A DNA stretch of 64,000 nucleotides from positions 128,001 through 192,000 of the forward strand of contig CAWHHI010000009.1 in NCBI GenBank assembly GCA_963829055.1, in the 5' to 3' direction. Positions 53,381 through 64,000 of this stretch are shown piece after piece. The position numbers were made by a program, and so were the translations under genes. The notes beneath the pieces were generated by a model. That model saw nothing but the letters and a program-made list of their open reading frames with translations. It ran no database searches and was not told the origin of the DNA. Within the stretch, counting starts at the first letter, position 1, and each line of letters starts with the position of its first letter. The stretch is from an uncultured Gemmatimonadaceae bacterium. Lineage in GTDB: Bacteria > Gemmatimonadota > Gemmatimonadetes > Gemmatimonadales > Gemmatimonadaceae.

Positions 53381-54742
53381 ATGACCACGCACGCCATGTC
53401 AATCCGGCGCCCGCGGCCCTATGGCCTGTACGCCATCTGCTTCGGATTCTTCCTCGTGTTGTTCGACACGAGCGCGGTCAACGTCGCGGTCGGCGCCATG
53501 CACCGCGAGTTCGGCGTGATGAGCGACCTGCAGTGGATCGTGAACGCGTACACGATCGTGTTCGCGAGCCTCGTGCTGACCTGCGGCGCTCTCGGCGACC
53601 GGTACGGCGCGAAGCGCCTCTACCGGCTCGGACTCGGGTTGTTCACGGCGATGTCGCTCTCCTGTGCGCTGTCGCCGAGCGTCGGGTTCCTGATCGCGAT
53701 GCGAATGATGCAGGGACTGGGCGCGGCGATGATGCTGCCGGCGTCGCTCGCGCTCCTGAGCCACGCGTACCCCGACCCGCGTGCGCGGGCGCGCGCCGTG
53801 TCGTTCTGGGCGGCGATCGTGAGCCTGGGGTTCGCGGCCGGTCCAGCGTTAGGCGGCGTGTTCACCAGCTACTTCGGATGGCGGAGCATCTTTCTGCTCA
53901 ACGTGCCGATCGGCATCGTCGCGCTGCTCATGGTGACGGCGTTCACGGACGAGACCGACCGTGCAACGGCGCGGCCGCTCGACTGGGCCGGCCAGCTCAC
54001 CGTCTCACTCGCGCTCTGGGCGCTGAGCTACGCATTGATCGAGGCGGGGAATGGCGGCTGGGCCGCGCCGCGCGTGCTGGCCGCGTTCGCCGCGACCATC
54101 GTGCTCGCCGGCGTGTGCGCTTTCACGGAGCGACGGAGCCGATCGCCGGTGTTTCCGCCTGCGCTCTTCTCGCGCCCCGCGTTCGTCGCGTGCGTTGCCG
54201 CCGGGGTCGTGATGAGCCTCGGCGCGTACGGCATCCTGTTCGTCGAGTCGATCTACCTGCAGAGCGTCCGCCACCTGAGCGCGCTGGCGGCGGGCGCGAT
54301 GATCGTGCCGCTCACGGTGCTCCCGACCGTGACCACGCGGCTGATCGATCGCTATCGCGCGGACATGCCCTTCAAGCCGCGGCTCGTGGCGGGGCAGATC
54401 ATCGGGTTGGCGGGGGCGGGAGCCATGGTGCTGTCGGTGCGATATCCAGCAACCGCAATCATCCTGATCGGGTTCGGGCTGCTCGGCGTCACGTTAGGCT
54501 TCGTGACCCCGGCGATGACGACCGGTGTGCTCACGACGTCGCCGGCGGCGATGTCGGGGCTGGCGTCGGGGATTCTGAATGCCGGCCGTCAGGTGGGCGG
54601 CGCGATCGGCGTGGCGCTCATGGGCACGCTCGTGCAGATGCATCAGGGCCGCGGCATGATGGTGTCGTTCAGCGTGGCGCTGGTGTTGTTCGGCGTCATT
54701 GCGGTGGGCGCGCAGCGGGCGATCCCGGAGCCGGCGTCGTAG
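53381..54742 (+). CDS. MFS drug:H+ antiporter (DHA2-like)
   Basis: FDTSAVNVA, QWIVNAY, GALGDRYGAK, GPALGG, WRSIFLLNVPIG. Confidence 0.92.
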   Translation: MTTHAMSIRRPRPYGLYAICFGFFLVLFDTSAVNVAVGAMHREFGVMSDLQWIVNAYTIVFASLVLTCGALGDRYGAKRLYRLGLGLFTAMSLSCALSPSVGFLIAMRMMQGLGAAMMLPASLALLSHAYPDPRARARAVSFWAAIVSLGFAAGPALGGVFTSYFGWRSIFLLNVPIGIVALLMVTAFTDETDRATARPLDWAGQLTVSLALWALSYALIEAGNGGWAAPRVLAAFAATIVLAGVCAFTERRSRSPVFPPALFSRPAFVACVAAGVVMSLGAYGILFVESIYLQSVRHLSALAAGAMIVPLTVLPTVTTRLIDRYRADMPFKPRLVAGQIIGLAGAGAMVLSVRYPATAIILIGFGLLGVTLGFVTPAMTTGVLTTSPAAMSGLASGILNAGRQVGGAIGVALMGTLVQMHQGRGMMVSFSVALVLFGVIAVGAQRAIPEPAS

Positions 54743-54937
54743 CCGTTCGCGCGGTTCGTTGGTGGGTCGAAACCGCCACGAGCCTAACGCCAGATGACGA
54801 CGGTTGATACGACCACCGACCGGTCAGTCTGCATGCTGGTCGCGCCCGTTCATGAATTGCCGTCCGGTTTGAGGTGCGTACTGCGTTACATGCGCTGATC
54901 CACATGCGCGTCGCATCTCTCATCTCAGGAGCAATTC

Positions 54938-56558
54938 ATGCGTTGGTTTTCGTCCCAGGTCGGCACCTTGGTCCTCGCGCTCTCCGCGGTGGCGCTCGGC
55001 GCCTGCGCGGATCGCCCCAAGCCCACCGAGGCTTCGCCGCCTGCCGGACCCGACCCACTCATCATCATCGGCGGCGGTGGCGGCGACGAAGTCCCGCCGC
55101 CTCCCGCGCCCATTACCATCGGGTCGCTGACCAGCGCCGATTTCGAGGTCGCGATCGACGGACCCTCCGTACCGTACACGGCGACGCTGAACAATCCGGG
55201 ACCCCAACGCCCGAACGTGGCGCTCCAGGGCTGGATCACCCAGGGAGCGACGCGCCGCGCCGCCGGCGGCCAGCTCGTCACGTGCGGTCTGTCCGCGGGC
55301 GTGATGCCGATCGGCAACTGCACGGCCGCAGGGCCCGATCGTGGCGTCCAGCACGACTGCGGGGAGCGGGGCGTTCGTCCCCGGCAGCGCGACATTCGAG
55401 CTGCAGCTGAAACAGGATGGGGTGGTCGTGGGCTCCAAGACCGTCGGCGTCATCCTCGTGCCTAACAGGCCGAGGATCTCCGGCGTGACCCTGAGTGCCG
55501 ACTCGGTCATCATCGGCGGACCGGGGATGACGTACACGACGTCGCTGCAGAGTCCGGGGCCAACCCGGTCGAACGTGCGGCTCCGCATCTATCTCGGCCA
55601 GGCGACGACGCATACGCTCGTGAGTGACGCGCTCGTCGCGTGCGGAGGCGCGTTAGGTGACGTGCCGAAGGGCGCCTGCACGATCCGCGGCGGATTCACA
55701 ACGCCCGATGCGACAATCAAGCCCGGTCAGGCGGGCGTCGAGATGCAGCTGGTCGACAACGGGACGGTGCTGGAGACGCGGACCACGTCGTGAAGTCCGT
55801 GTCGAGCACGAGGCTCGGCGTCCTGCGTCCGGGTCGTGACTCCGATCGCGCTCGGCGGCTCGAGCGTGCCGTACACGCTGACGCTCCAGAACGTGGGACA
55901 GCTCCGCTCCGGCATGTACCTCAGGACCGATATTTCTCAGGCGAACACCGAGCTCGCCCAGCACGGACCCGCGCCGTAACCTGGACATGGGTCTCGTCGA
56001 TTGTGGAAGCGGACCGGCGTGTTGCCGGTCGGCGGCTGCACGGTGTCGGGCACGTTCAAGGCATCCAACACTGACCTCGGAATCTCGGGCTCGGGACATT
56101 GAAGCTGGGTCAGGCGTTCTTGACGGTGTCCCTGCTGGACTCGACCGGGTACTTCCAGGAGACGAAGTCGGTGTTCGTGACGATCATCCCGAACACGCTG
56201 ACGATCGCGGGCGTGAGCGCGAGCTCGTTCACTCCCGTCATCGACGGCGCGAGCGTTCCGTACACCGCGTCGCTCCAGAATCCCGGAGTGAGCCTCTCGA
56301 ACATCTTCGTGATGGCGTCGGTCGTCCAGGGCGCAACGCGACGCGACGCCGGCGGGACGCTGGTGAACTGCGGGAGCGGGTCGGGCGTGCTGCCGACCGG
56401 CACGTGCGCGGTGCCGAGCACGTTCAGCGGCGTCCAACACGCTCGGTGGAACCGGAACGCTCGTGGCGGGTCCCGCGACGCTGCAACTGCGAGTCATGCA
56501 GGGACTGACCACGGTGCTCTATACGATGAACCTTCCGGTGACTCTCACGACCCCGTAG
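54938..56558 (+). CDS. Lipoprotein of four tandem ~115-aa beta-rich repeats; several frameshifts
   Basis: ALGAC lipobox; four repeats of IxGxxxxYTxxLxxxG...CGxxxGxxPxGxC reconstructed across frames; ends VTLTTP*. Confidence 0.75.
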
Positions 56559-56751
56559 GGAGCTGTAGGGAAGAGCCCGCAGGGCGCGGCTCTACACGGG
56601 CCGAGCGGTGCCTAACGTGCGGCGGCTCGCCTCGGATCGTCGGTGATGAACCAGGGACGGTGGCTATCGGCCACCGTCCCCTGCTCGGCAAGCAGCCGAA
56701 GCACACGCACATCGGCTGCTCCTCACCCCGACAGGCAGCCGCACCGGTCCA

Positions 56752-59430
56752 CTACTTCTGACGCTTTTCACGCATCCGCTCACGCAACTCGTACTTCCAG
56801 TCGTGGGCGACGACGATCTGATCGTTAGGCCCGACGGCCTGCAGCAGCGCGAAGGACTTGCCGTCGGGCGACACGTCGTAGTTCGCGTGTTGCGGAACGT
56901 TGAGCAGGTAGTTGCCTTCGAACATTGGCGTCCGCGCCGTCACGGCGAAGTCCGGACTCGTGCGAATCGTCGCGGCGTGGAGTCGACCGTTCGACACGTA
57001 AAAGATGCGCTTCCCGTCGCGCGACCACACGGGCGCCATGCCTCCCGTCGGCGTGACCTGGTAGATCGCCCCGGTGGGCGGGAACGGCTGCACGTACACC
57101 TGCAGGGTACCGTCCTTGTTCGAGCCGTACGCGACCCACTTGCCGTCGGGTGAGAACTTGGGCGAGATCTCCGCCGCAGGTGTGGCCTCGATCGGCTTGC
57201 TCGTGGTGTCGCCTTCGAGCCGGCGATAGAGAATGTCCACCGGTTGCGTGGGGGTCGAGCGCCAGTACACAAGCGTGCGGCCGTCTGGGCTGATCACGCC
57301 CGCGTTGACCGTTTCCGGAGCGCGCTCGGCCAGCTCGCGGACGCCGCTGAAGTCCGAGTTCCGCCACCAGAGCGAGCTGCCTCCCGAACCGCTCGACGCG
57401 TACAGCACGCGTTTCCCGTCAGGGGTCCACTCCGGGCGCGAGTTGCGCTCACCCTCGGAAGTGAGCTTCGTCGGCGTTCCCGACGCGATGTCGTGGATCC
57501 ACACGTCGCTGCCCCTGCTCGACGCGATCGCGAGCGCCAACCGCGATCCGTCGGGCGAGAACCGCGGGGCGGCGTAGTCGCGCGGTTCGGCGAGGAGGAC
57601 GCGTGTCCGCCCCGTCACATCCGAGAGCACCACCTCGCTGGTCCTCGCCGCGCTCACGTACGCGAGCGATCCACTCCGTGAGACCGCCGCGCGAACCAAC
57701 CCTGATTGACTGATGTCCACCTGATCGACGACCTGAACCGGACGGCCTGTCACTCGGTGCGCCGCGACGTCGAACGCAACGGCCATGATCGCGCCGGCCG
57801 ATGTCCCGTAAATGAGGTAGCCGTCGACGACACCAATGGGCGATGCGCCACCGATGTCCAACACGGTCGCCCGCCCGGTGCTCAACGACATGACACCGAT
57901 GCGGGACGTCTGCATGCTCCCGCGCCAGCTCAGATACACGACCGTCTCGCCATCATCCAGCACGCGAGGACTTCGCTGCCCGCGCTCGCCGTCAACACCC
58001 GCGCCGCGCCCGATGGGCCGGAATTGGCCACCCGCGGACGGGACGGTCATCAACCTGTCCTTCACTGATGCGATGATCACGTCGCCGGGCGCCCACGCCG
58101 CGCCCAGCACCGGAGCGCCTTCCGCGACGTCGACTGCGGGGCCGCCGGCGAGCGGCACCCTTCTCACAATACGTGCGCCCGGGTTCGAAAAGCCGAGCGA
58201 TGTCCCGTCAGGCGAGAAGAACGGTCCAATCGCGGGATCCGCCTCGCGGATCACCCGCGTGGCCAGTTGCCCAACTTCGCGGATGGCGAGCCGTTGATCG
58301 CCTGCCTCGGTCCGCAACGTGAACGCGATGAACCTTCCGTCGGGCGAGATCGCGATCTGTGTGCCTGGTGCAACGTCATCGCGCGGTCCGCCAGGGGCGA
58401 TCGTGAATCGCACGGTGCGTCCATCGATCTCGTCAGGCCCGCGTGTCCAGCCCCACGCGGCCAGCGCCACGCCGATCCCGGCCAGGGCGAGCGCACCGAG
58501 GACGATGGGATCGCGCGAGCGTCGAGCCCCGGACCTCGCGCGAGTCCCTAACGCGGCGGGTAGGGAAGACGCATCCAGCCGAGCGGGATCGGCAACGAGT
58601 CTTCCCTGCAGGGCCTCGGCGAACTCACGCGCGGTCGCCCACCGATCGGCTGGCAGCTTCTCGAGCGCCCGCTCGATCGCTGTCGCGGCGTACGCGGGGA
58701 CGTTAGGCCGGACGGTGCGGATGCCACGGGGCCGCTCGGTCAGCACGCGCGCGATGACCGCCTGCATCGTGCTGCCGGTGTGCGGTGGGTCGCCGGTCAG
58801 CATCTCGTACGGTCACCGCGGCGAGCGAGTAGATGTCGCTGCGCGCGTCGATCGTCTGGTCGCCCGTGGCCTGCTCGGGGCTCATGTACTGCGGCGTACC
58901 TAACGACAGCGCCGGTCTGCGTCATCCGCGCGCCTCCGGCATTGCTCACCGCCAGCGCGATCCCGAAGTCGGCGACGACCGGCTGCCCCGCTTGCAGCAG
59001 GATGTTCTCCGGCTTGAGGTCGCGGTGGACGACGCCATGCGCGTGCGCGTAGTCGAGCGCGCCGGCGACCGCCACCGCGATGCGGACGGCCTCGTCCACC
59101 GGAAGCTGTTTCTCGCGATCGATGCGCTGCCGGAGGCTTTCCCCGTCGACGTACGGCATCACGTAGTACGAGCAGCCCGTTCGCGTCGCCGGAGTCGAAC
59201 AACGGCAGGAGGTTCGGGTGCTGGAGGTTCGCGGTGACGCGGATCTCCGCGAGGAAGCGGTCGACGCCGAGGACGGCGCCGAGCTCCGGGTTGAGGAGCT
59301 TGAGCGCGACGGCGCGGCGGTGGCGGATGTCGCGCGCGAGGTACACGGTCGCCATGCCACCGCGGCCGATCTCGCGCTCGATGACGTACCGGTCCGCGAC
59401 CGCCGAGGTCAGTTCGCTGGGAATGCTCAC
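56752..59430 (-). CDS. Ser/Thr kinase + TM + TolB/PD40 beta-propeller; frameshifts near 59170, 58905 and 58810
   Basis: GRGGMATVY, HRDLKPEN, DFG, YMSPE; repeated SPDG/FSPDG. Confidence 0.9.
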
Positions 59431-59544
59431 GAAGGCGCGATCAGAGGTGACGCTCCGAATCTAACGGCCTCGGGGTAGCTTCATCGACATCTCCCGCCGC
59501 TCGCGGTATTCTCGAGGCCACGTCTCCAACCAAGGCTCCGCCCC

Positions 59545-60966
59545 GTGACGCTGCGCATCGCCTTCCTGCTGCTTTCGCTTCTCGCCACCGCGCTGCCCGC
59601 TCAGGAGCGCGACGTCGTCGTCACCGGCGGCTGGCTCTTCACGTCGACCGGCAACGATCGCATCCGCAATCCTGGCATCCTGATTCGCGGCGGCAAGATC
59701 CTGCGCGTCGGCGGCGACGTCTCGATCGCGGCGCCTAACGCCGAGCGAGTCGCGGTCGCCGATACGGAGACGGTGATACCCGGCCTGTTCGACCTCCACG
59801 CGCACTACGCGATAGAGCTCTTCGGCGCCGGCCGTAAGGATGAAACCGCTGCGTACCCGTCGCTGTTTCTCGCGAACGGTGTCACGGCGACGTTCCCGGC
59901 GGGCGAGATGGATCCGAACGTCATGCACGACCTGCGCGTCCGGATCGAGAATGGGGCCGAGCCCGGACCGCGACTGCTCAACTCCGGTCCGTACTTCGGC
60001 ACGGCGCGGCCGGGGTGGGATCGCGACATCACCGCGCAGCAGATCTACGACGAGGTGGATCACTGGGCGGAGCTCGGCGTCAAGGGATTCAAGGCGAAGG
60101 GCATCACGCCTGAGGAACTACGCGCACTCATCGAGCGAGCGCACTTTCACGGGCTGACGGTCACCGGCCATTTGGATAGTGGCAATCGCAACAGCGTGAA
60201 CCCGCGCGACGCGATTCTCATGGGGATCGACCGCATCGAGCACTTCATGGGCGGCGACGCATTCGTGGCGGACAAGTCCGCGTACGCGTCGTACGAGCAC
60301 ATGACGTTCGCCACGCCGGAGTTCAAGCGCATCGCGCAGCTCTACAAGCAGGAGCACGCGTACTTCGACGCGACGCTCAGCGCGTACGGCTACTACGGAA
60401 AGAAGGATCCCGACGTCTTCACGTATTTCGTCGACGAGAAGAAGTTCCTCACGCCGTACATGCGGTCGGTCATCGACGCGCGTGCGCCGCGGCCGGTGAA
60501 CGCGCAGTTCGAGAACATCTACTGGACGAAGCGGAAGGAGATCAAGGCGTTCTACGACGCCGGCGGCGGCGATCTCATCACGTTAGGCACCGATCATCCG
60601 AGCTGGGGCGAGTTCTTCACGCCGTTCTCGGTCCACCGCGAGCTCCAGTCGCTCTCACGCTCTGGTATTCCGAACGCCGCCGTGCTTCGGATCGCCACGA
60701 TCAACAGCGCACGCGCCATCGGACTCGGCGATCGGCTCGGGTCGATCGAGGTGGGGAAGTGGGCGGACCTCGTGGTCGTTCGCGGCAATCCGCTCGCGGA
60801 CATTCGTCGCACGCGTCTGCCGCGTCTCGTGATCAAGGCGGGGCGAGTCTACGATCCCGCCGCTCTCATGACGTCGGTGGAAGGAAAGATCGGCCCGATG
60901 AGCGCTGCGGATACCGCCGCCTGGGCTCCGACACCGCGTCGGGGCCGCCCAGGAGCCGATCAATGA
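59545..60966 (+). CDS. Secreted amidohydrolase (canonical HxH)
   Basis: PGLFDLHAH, VTGH, RIEH, GTDH, GSIEVGKWADLVVVRGNPL. Confidence 0.92.
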   Translation: MTLRIAFLLLSLLATALPAQERDVVVTGGWLFTSTGNDRIRNPGILIRGGKILRVGGDVSIAAPNAERVAVADTETVIPGLFDLHAHYAIELFGAGRKDETAAYPSLFLANGVTATFPAGEMDPNVMHDLRVRIENGAEPGPRLLNSGPYFGTARPGWDRDITAQQIYDEVDHWAELGVKGFKAKGITPEELRALIERAHFHGLTVTGHLDSGNRNSVNPRDAILMGIDRIEHFMGGDAFVADKSAYASYEHMTFATPEFKRIAQLYKQEHAYFDATLSAYGYYGKKDPDVFTYFVDEKKFLTPYMRSVIDARAPRPVNAQFENIYWTKRKEIKAFYDAGGGDLITLGTDHPSWGEFFTPFSVHRELQSLSRSGIPNAAVLRIATINSARAIGLGDRLGSIEVGKWADLVVVRGNPLADIRRTRLPRLVIKAGRVYDPAALMTSVEGKIGPMSAADTAAWAPTPRRGRPGADQ

Positions 60967-61194
60967 ACCGTTGGCACTCCTGGAGAAGCTGCACGTCTAC
61001 CAAGTAGCCCTGCGACGCCTACACGTCCGCGCGATGGACTTCAGCGCGGCGGCGTCTCGCCGGCGGCGATCGCCTCCGCCTCGAGCCATGCATCCTCACG
61101 GGTCTTCGTCTTGTACTCATCTTTCTCGTGCATGTCGAGGCGCAAGACTGTGTTGCCGATTCGCACCAGTGCCATTCACCCTGCGCGCGCTGCG

Positions 61195-61620
61195 TCCATC
61201 GCGTCGTTGTCGTCGACGGCAAGCCGACGAAGGCGGTGAGCCCGAACGGTCTGGCATTCAGTCCTGACGGCTCGCACTTCGCGTACGTCGAAGGTCAGAG
61301 CAACCGCGCGGTCGTCGTGGATGGTGTCCAGCGCGTGCCGGCGAATGTTTGCGCACCAGCCGGACGATGTCCCGGCCGAGTTCGTGTTCAGCCAGGATGG
61401 AAAGCATCCCGCCTTCGCGCCGGACGCGATCGGGACGTACGACATCACCTTCACGCCCGACGGGAAGCATCTGATGTGGCTGGGCGGCCGCGGTGAAAAC
61501 CGGCTGCGCGTCTACGTCGACGGAGAGCCGGTGCCCGAGTCGGATCAGCCGGCTACGTCACGACAGTCCGTGGAGACGTGGTGGAACATGGGCGCGGACG
61601 GCGTGCTCACGCCTTTTTCC
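61195..61620 (+). pseudogene. Fragment of a WD40/TolB-like propeller gene
   Basis: FSPDGSHFAY, FSQDGKH, FTPDGKHL and VVVDG/VYVDG across two frames; no start or signal peptide. Confidence 0.5.
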
Positions 61621-61880
61621 GATTCACTAGTCGATCGGCGGAGCCGACGTTATCGCACGCGTTTACCGTCGGCATCCCACACCTGGACAGGATCGAGCTC
61701 CTCGTCAACTCCGCGACTGGGAGTCCGCGCGTCGTGAACGGGCAGGAAATAAGCGCTGCGGGCCGGATCGAGTGCGAGCTCCGATTCTGGCGCCCGGTCG
61801 TGCGGCATCCCATCTTCTGCGCGGCAGGCGACCGCCATGCACCAGTAAGCTGACCGAGCGATGCGACCACCGGGCCGACG

Positions 61881-64000
61881 ATGAGCGCGCCCGCCGCCGA
61901 ATTTGTACAAGCGGTCGTCGACCGCTACCGTATCGAGCGCGAGCTCGGTCACGGCGGCATGGCGACGGTCTTCTCGCCGAGGACCTCCGGCACGGCCGAC
62001 CCGTCGCGATCAAGCTCCTGCACGCGGAGCTCGGCGCGTGGTTAGGCGTCGAGCGGTTCCTCTCCGAGATCCGGATCACGGCGCGGCTGCAGCATCCGAA
62101 CATCCTGCCGCTACTGGATAGCGGTGACGCGAATGGGCGCCTGTACTACGTCATGCCCTACGTCCCGGGCGAGACCCTGCGAGCGCGCCTCGACCGGGAG
62201 CGTCAGCTCCCCGTGCCTCAAGCGATCCGCATCGCGAAGGACGTAGCGGCGGCGCTCGCGTACGCCCATGCCGTGGGGATCATTCACCGCGACATCAAGC
62301 CCGAGAACATCCTGTTCGGCGCACCTAACGCGGTAACGCCGCCGCCCGTCCTGCTCGCGGACTTCGGCATCGCCCGATCGACCGACGCGAATGCCGATCG
62401 GCTGACGGGCACCGGCATGTCCGTGGGGACGGCTGCCTACATGAGCCCCGAGCAGGCGACGGGCGAGCGCGAGCTCGATGGACGCACCGACATCTACTCG
62501 TTAGGATGCGTGCTGTACGAGATGCTCGCAGGGGAGCCGCCGTTCAGCGGCGCGAACCCACGGGTCATCCTGTCGAAGCAGCTGACCGATCCGGTGCGCC
62601 CGGTGAGCCGGCTCCGCGAGAGCGTTCCGCCGCATGTGGACGCGGCGCTGGCGATCGCCCTCTCACGCTCACCCGCCGATCGGTTCCCCGACGTCGCCGC
62701 GTTCGCTGCGGCGCTCGACCGGGCCGATTCGCGGCCGGTAGGATCCGCTAGCGCGAGTCAGGCGGCGGGGCGCCGGCGAGTCATGCGCGTTGCCGGCCTC
62801 GTTGCCGGCCTCGTTGCCGGCGTCCTTGGCGTCGCCGCCGCCGCGCGGCTCTGGATGTCGAGGCCGAGCGTGGCGTTAGGCATGCCGGTCGTTCGCATGC
62901 AGCGATTCACGACACTCGCCGGCGATACGGCCAGCGCCTATCTCGCCGCGACCCTCGAGCAGGACGTGACGACTGCGCTCGCGGGCACAGGCGTCGCCCG
63001 CGTCTTCGTCATGAATTCCACGCTGGAGTCGGGATTCGCCGTCGCCGGGACCGCGACCCGCGTCGCGGACTCGGTCGAGTTGCGGCTCACGGTGTCGAAG
63101 GAGCCGACCGGGGAACTGGTCGGCACGAAGATCGTTAGGCAGCCGGTCGGCCGGTCGCACGAGTTACCGGAGGCCGTGACCGACTCGATTCTCTCGCTGC
63201 TCGGCCGCCGACGTCGAGTCGCGACGTCGCGTTCGATTCCCACGAAGGATCCCGTCGCGTACGATCTCTTTCTCAAGGGCCGATACCAGACCGACCGTCG
63301 TACTGAGATCGGGACCCAGCGAGGCGTGGCCCTGTTCCGTGCCGCGGTGGCGCGCGATTCGGCCTTCGCAGACGGCTGGGCCGGGCTCGCCCTGGCATTG
63401 CGGCAGGCAAATCTACGGGGGTACCGAATTCCAAGCGTTCCTCGCAGCGCCCTCATCGCGGCGATCGTCGACGCGAGCGAGCGCGCGCTCGAGGCCGACA
63501 GCACCCGCTCCTACGGCTGGATCGCCCGCGGGATGACGCTCCGGGACATCGAGCCGAGCTCGCGGCGCAATGCGATCCTCGCCTACCAGCGCGCGATCGC
63601 GCTCGATTCGAGCAACGCCGACGCCTGGCACTTCTACGCTGTCGCGTGGGATGACAGCCTCGAGCCGGGACGCGCGCGTGTCGCGTGGCAGCGGGCGCTG
63701 CGTATCGATCCGAGCCACCGACTGTCACTGGGGTTCCTGGGCCAGCACTTCAACTGGATGCGTCAGTTCGACAGCGCCGCTCGGTGGGCCGACAGCGGTC
63801 GGCGAATCGACCCGACGAACCTGCTCGTGCGCCAACAGCTCGGGTTCGCGAAGCTGCACCTCGGCGACACCGCCGCCGCGGCCGAGAACTTTCGGGCGAC
63901 CATCCAGATCGGGAAGGGACCGGACGAGGTAGTCGGGTGGGTCGGCCTGTCGGACGTCGCGCTTCGGGAGGGCGATCGCCGGGGTGCGGATAGCCTGTTC
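61881..64000 (+). CDS. Ser/Thr kinase + TM + TPR (3' end outside window; indels near 61975-61995)
   Basis: DRYRIERELGHGGMATV, HRDIKPEN, ADFG, YMSPEQA, AYDLFLKGRY, TPR-like helices. Confidence 0.88.

Larger units (their letters stand above)
1035..63140. repeat. Dispersed octamer CGTTAGGC/GCCTAACG, about 74 sites including one-end variants
   Basis: Manual count. Examples: 1035, 2862, 3100, 5339, 6853, 10811, 14117, 18048, 25405, 33378, 45696, 51071, 60581, 63133. Confidence 0.9.

Noticed and set aside
1035..63140. TTAGGC as telomere-like repeat or eukaryotic contamination; TAG recoding
   Set aside because: Copies are single, dispersed and embedded in bacterial genes. Where I checked, in-frame TAG/TAA from the motif falls only at real gene ends.
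58..63993. Hundreds of long overlapping or antisense ORFs in the track (e.g. 301-936, 5713-6843, 26662-28041)
   Set aside because: Arg/Ala/Pro-rich shadow frames expected in high-GC DNA; they overlap genes with clear family motifs.

Overview
A GC-rich (roughly two-thirds G+C by eye) bacterial chromosomal segment. The gene content points by inference to Gemmatimonadota: SusC/SusD-like pairs in a high-GC genome, two PadR + duplicated-permease pairs, several Hanks kinases with TPR or beta-propeller sensors, and a BTAD regulator. About 45 protein-coding genes can be supported. Most are envelope hydrolases (S9, M20 and M13 peptidases, three amidohydrolases, an Asp-box protein, an SGNH lipoprotein), transporters and signalling proteins. 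I saw no rRNA, tRNA, CRISPR array, transposase or phage gene. Many genes are split by 1-nt frameshifts, probably long-read assembly indels. Two observations stand out. (1) A non-palindromic octamer CGTTAGGC/GCCTAACG occurs about once per 0.9 kb on both strands, in several reading frames and inside five stop codons (manual count: 53 exact copies plus 21 one-end variants). (2) An ECF sigma / zinc anti-sigma / lipoprotein TPR-CHAT (caspase-like) protease / lipoprotein cassette has a shared CAA...GTCCGTT promoter-like motif before three of its genes. Also noted: enzymes with altered active sites, a four-repeat Cys-pair lipoprotein, a pair of paralogous small proteins, and several palindromic repeat families.
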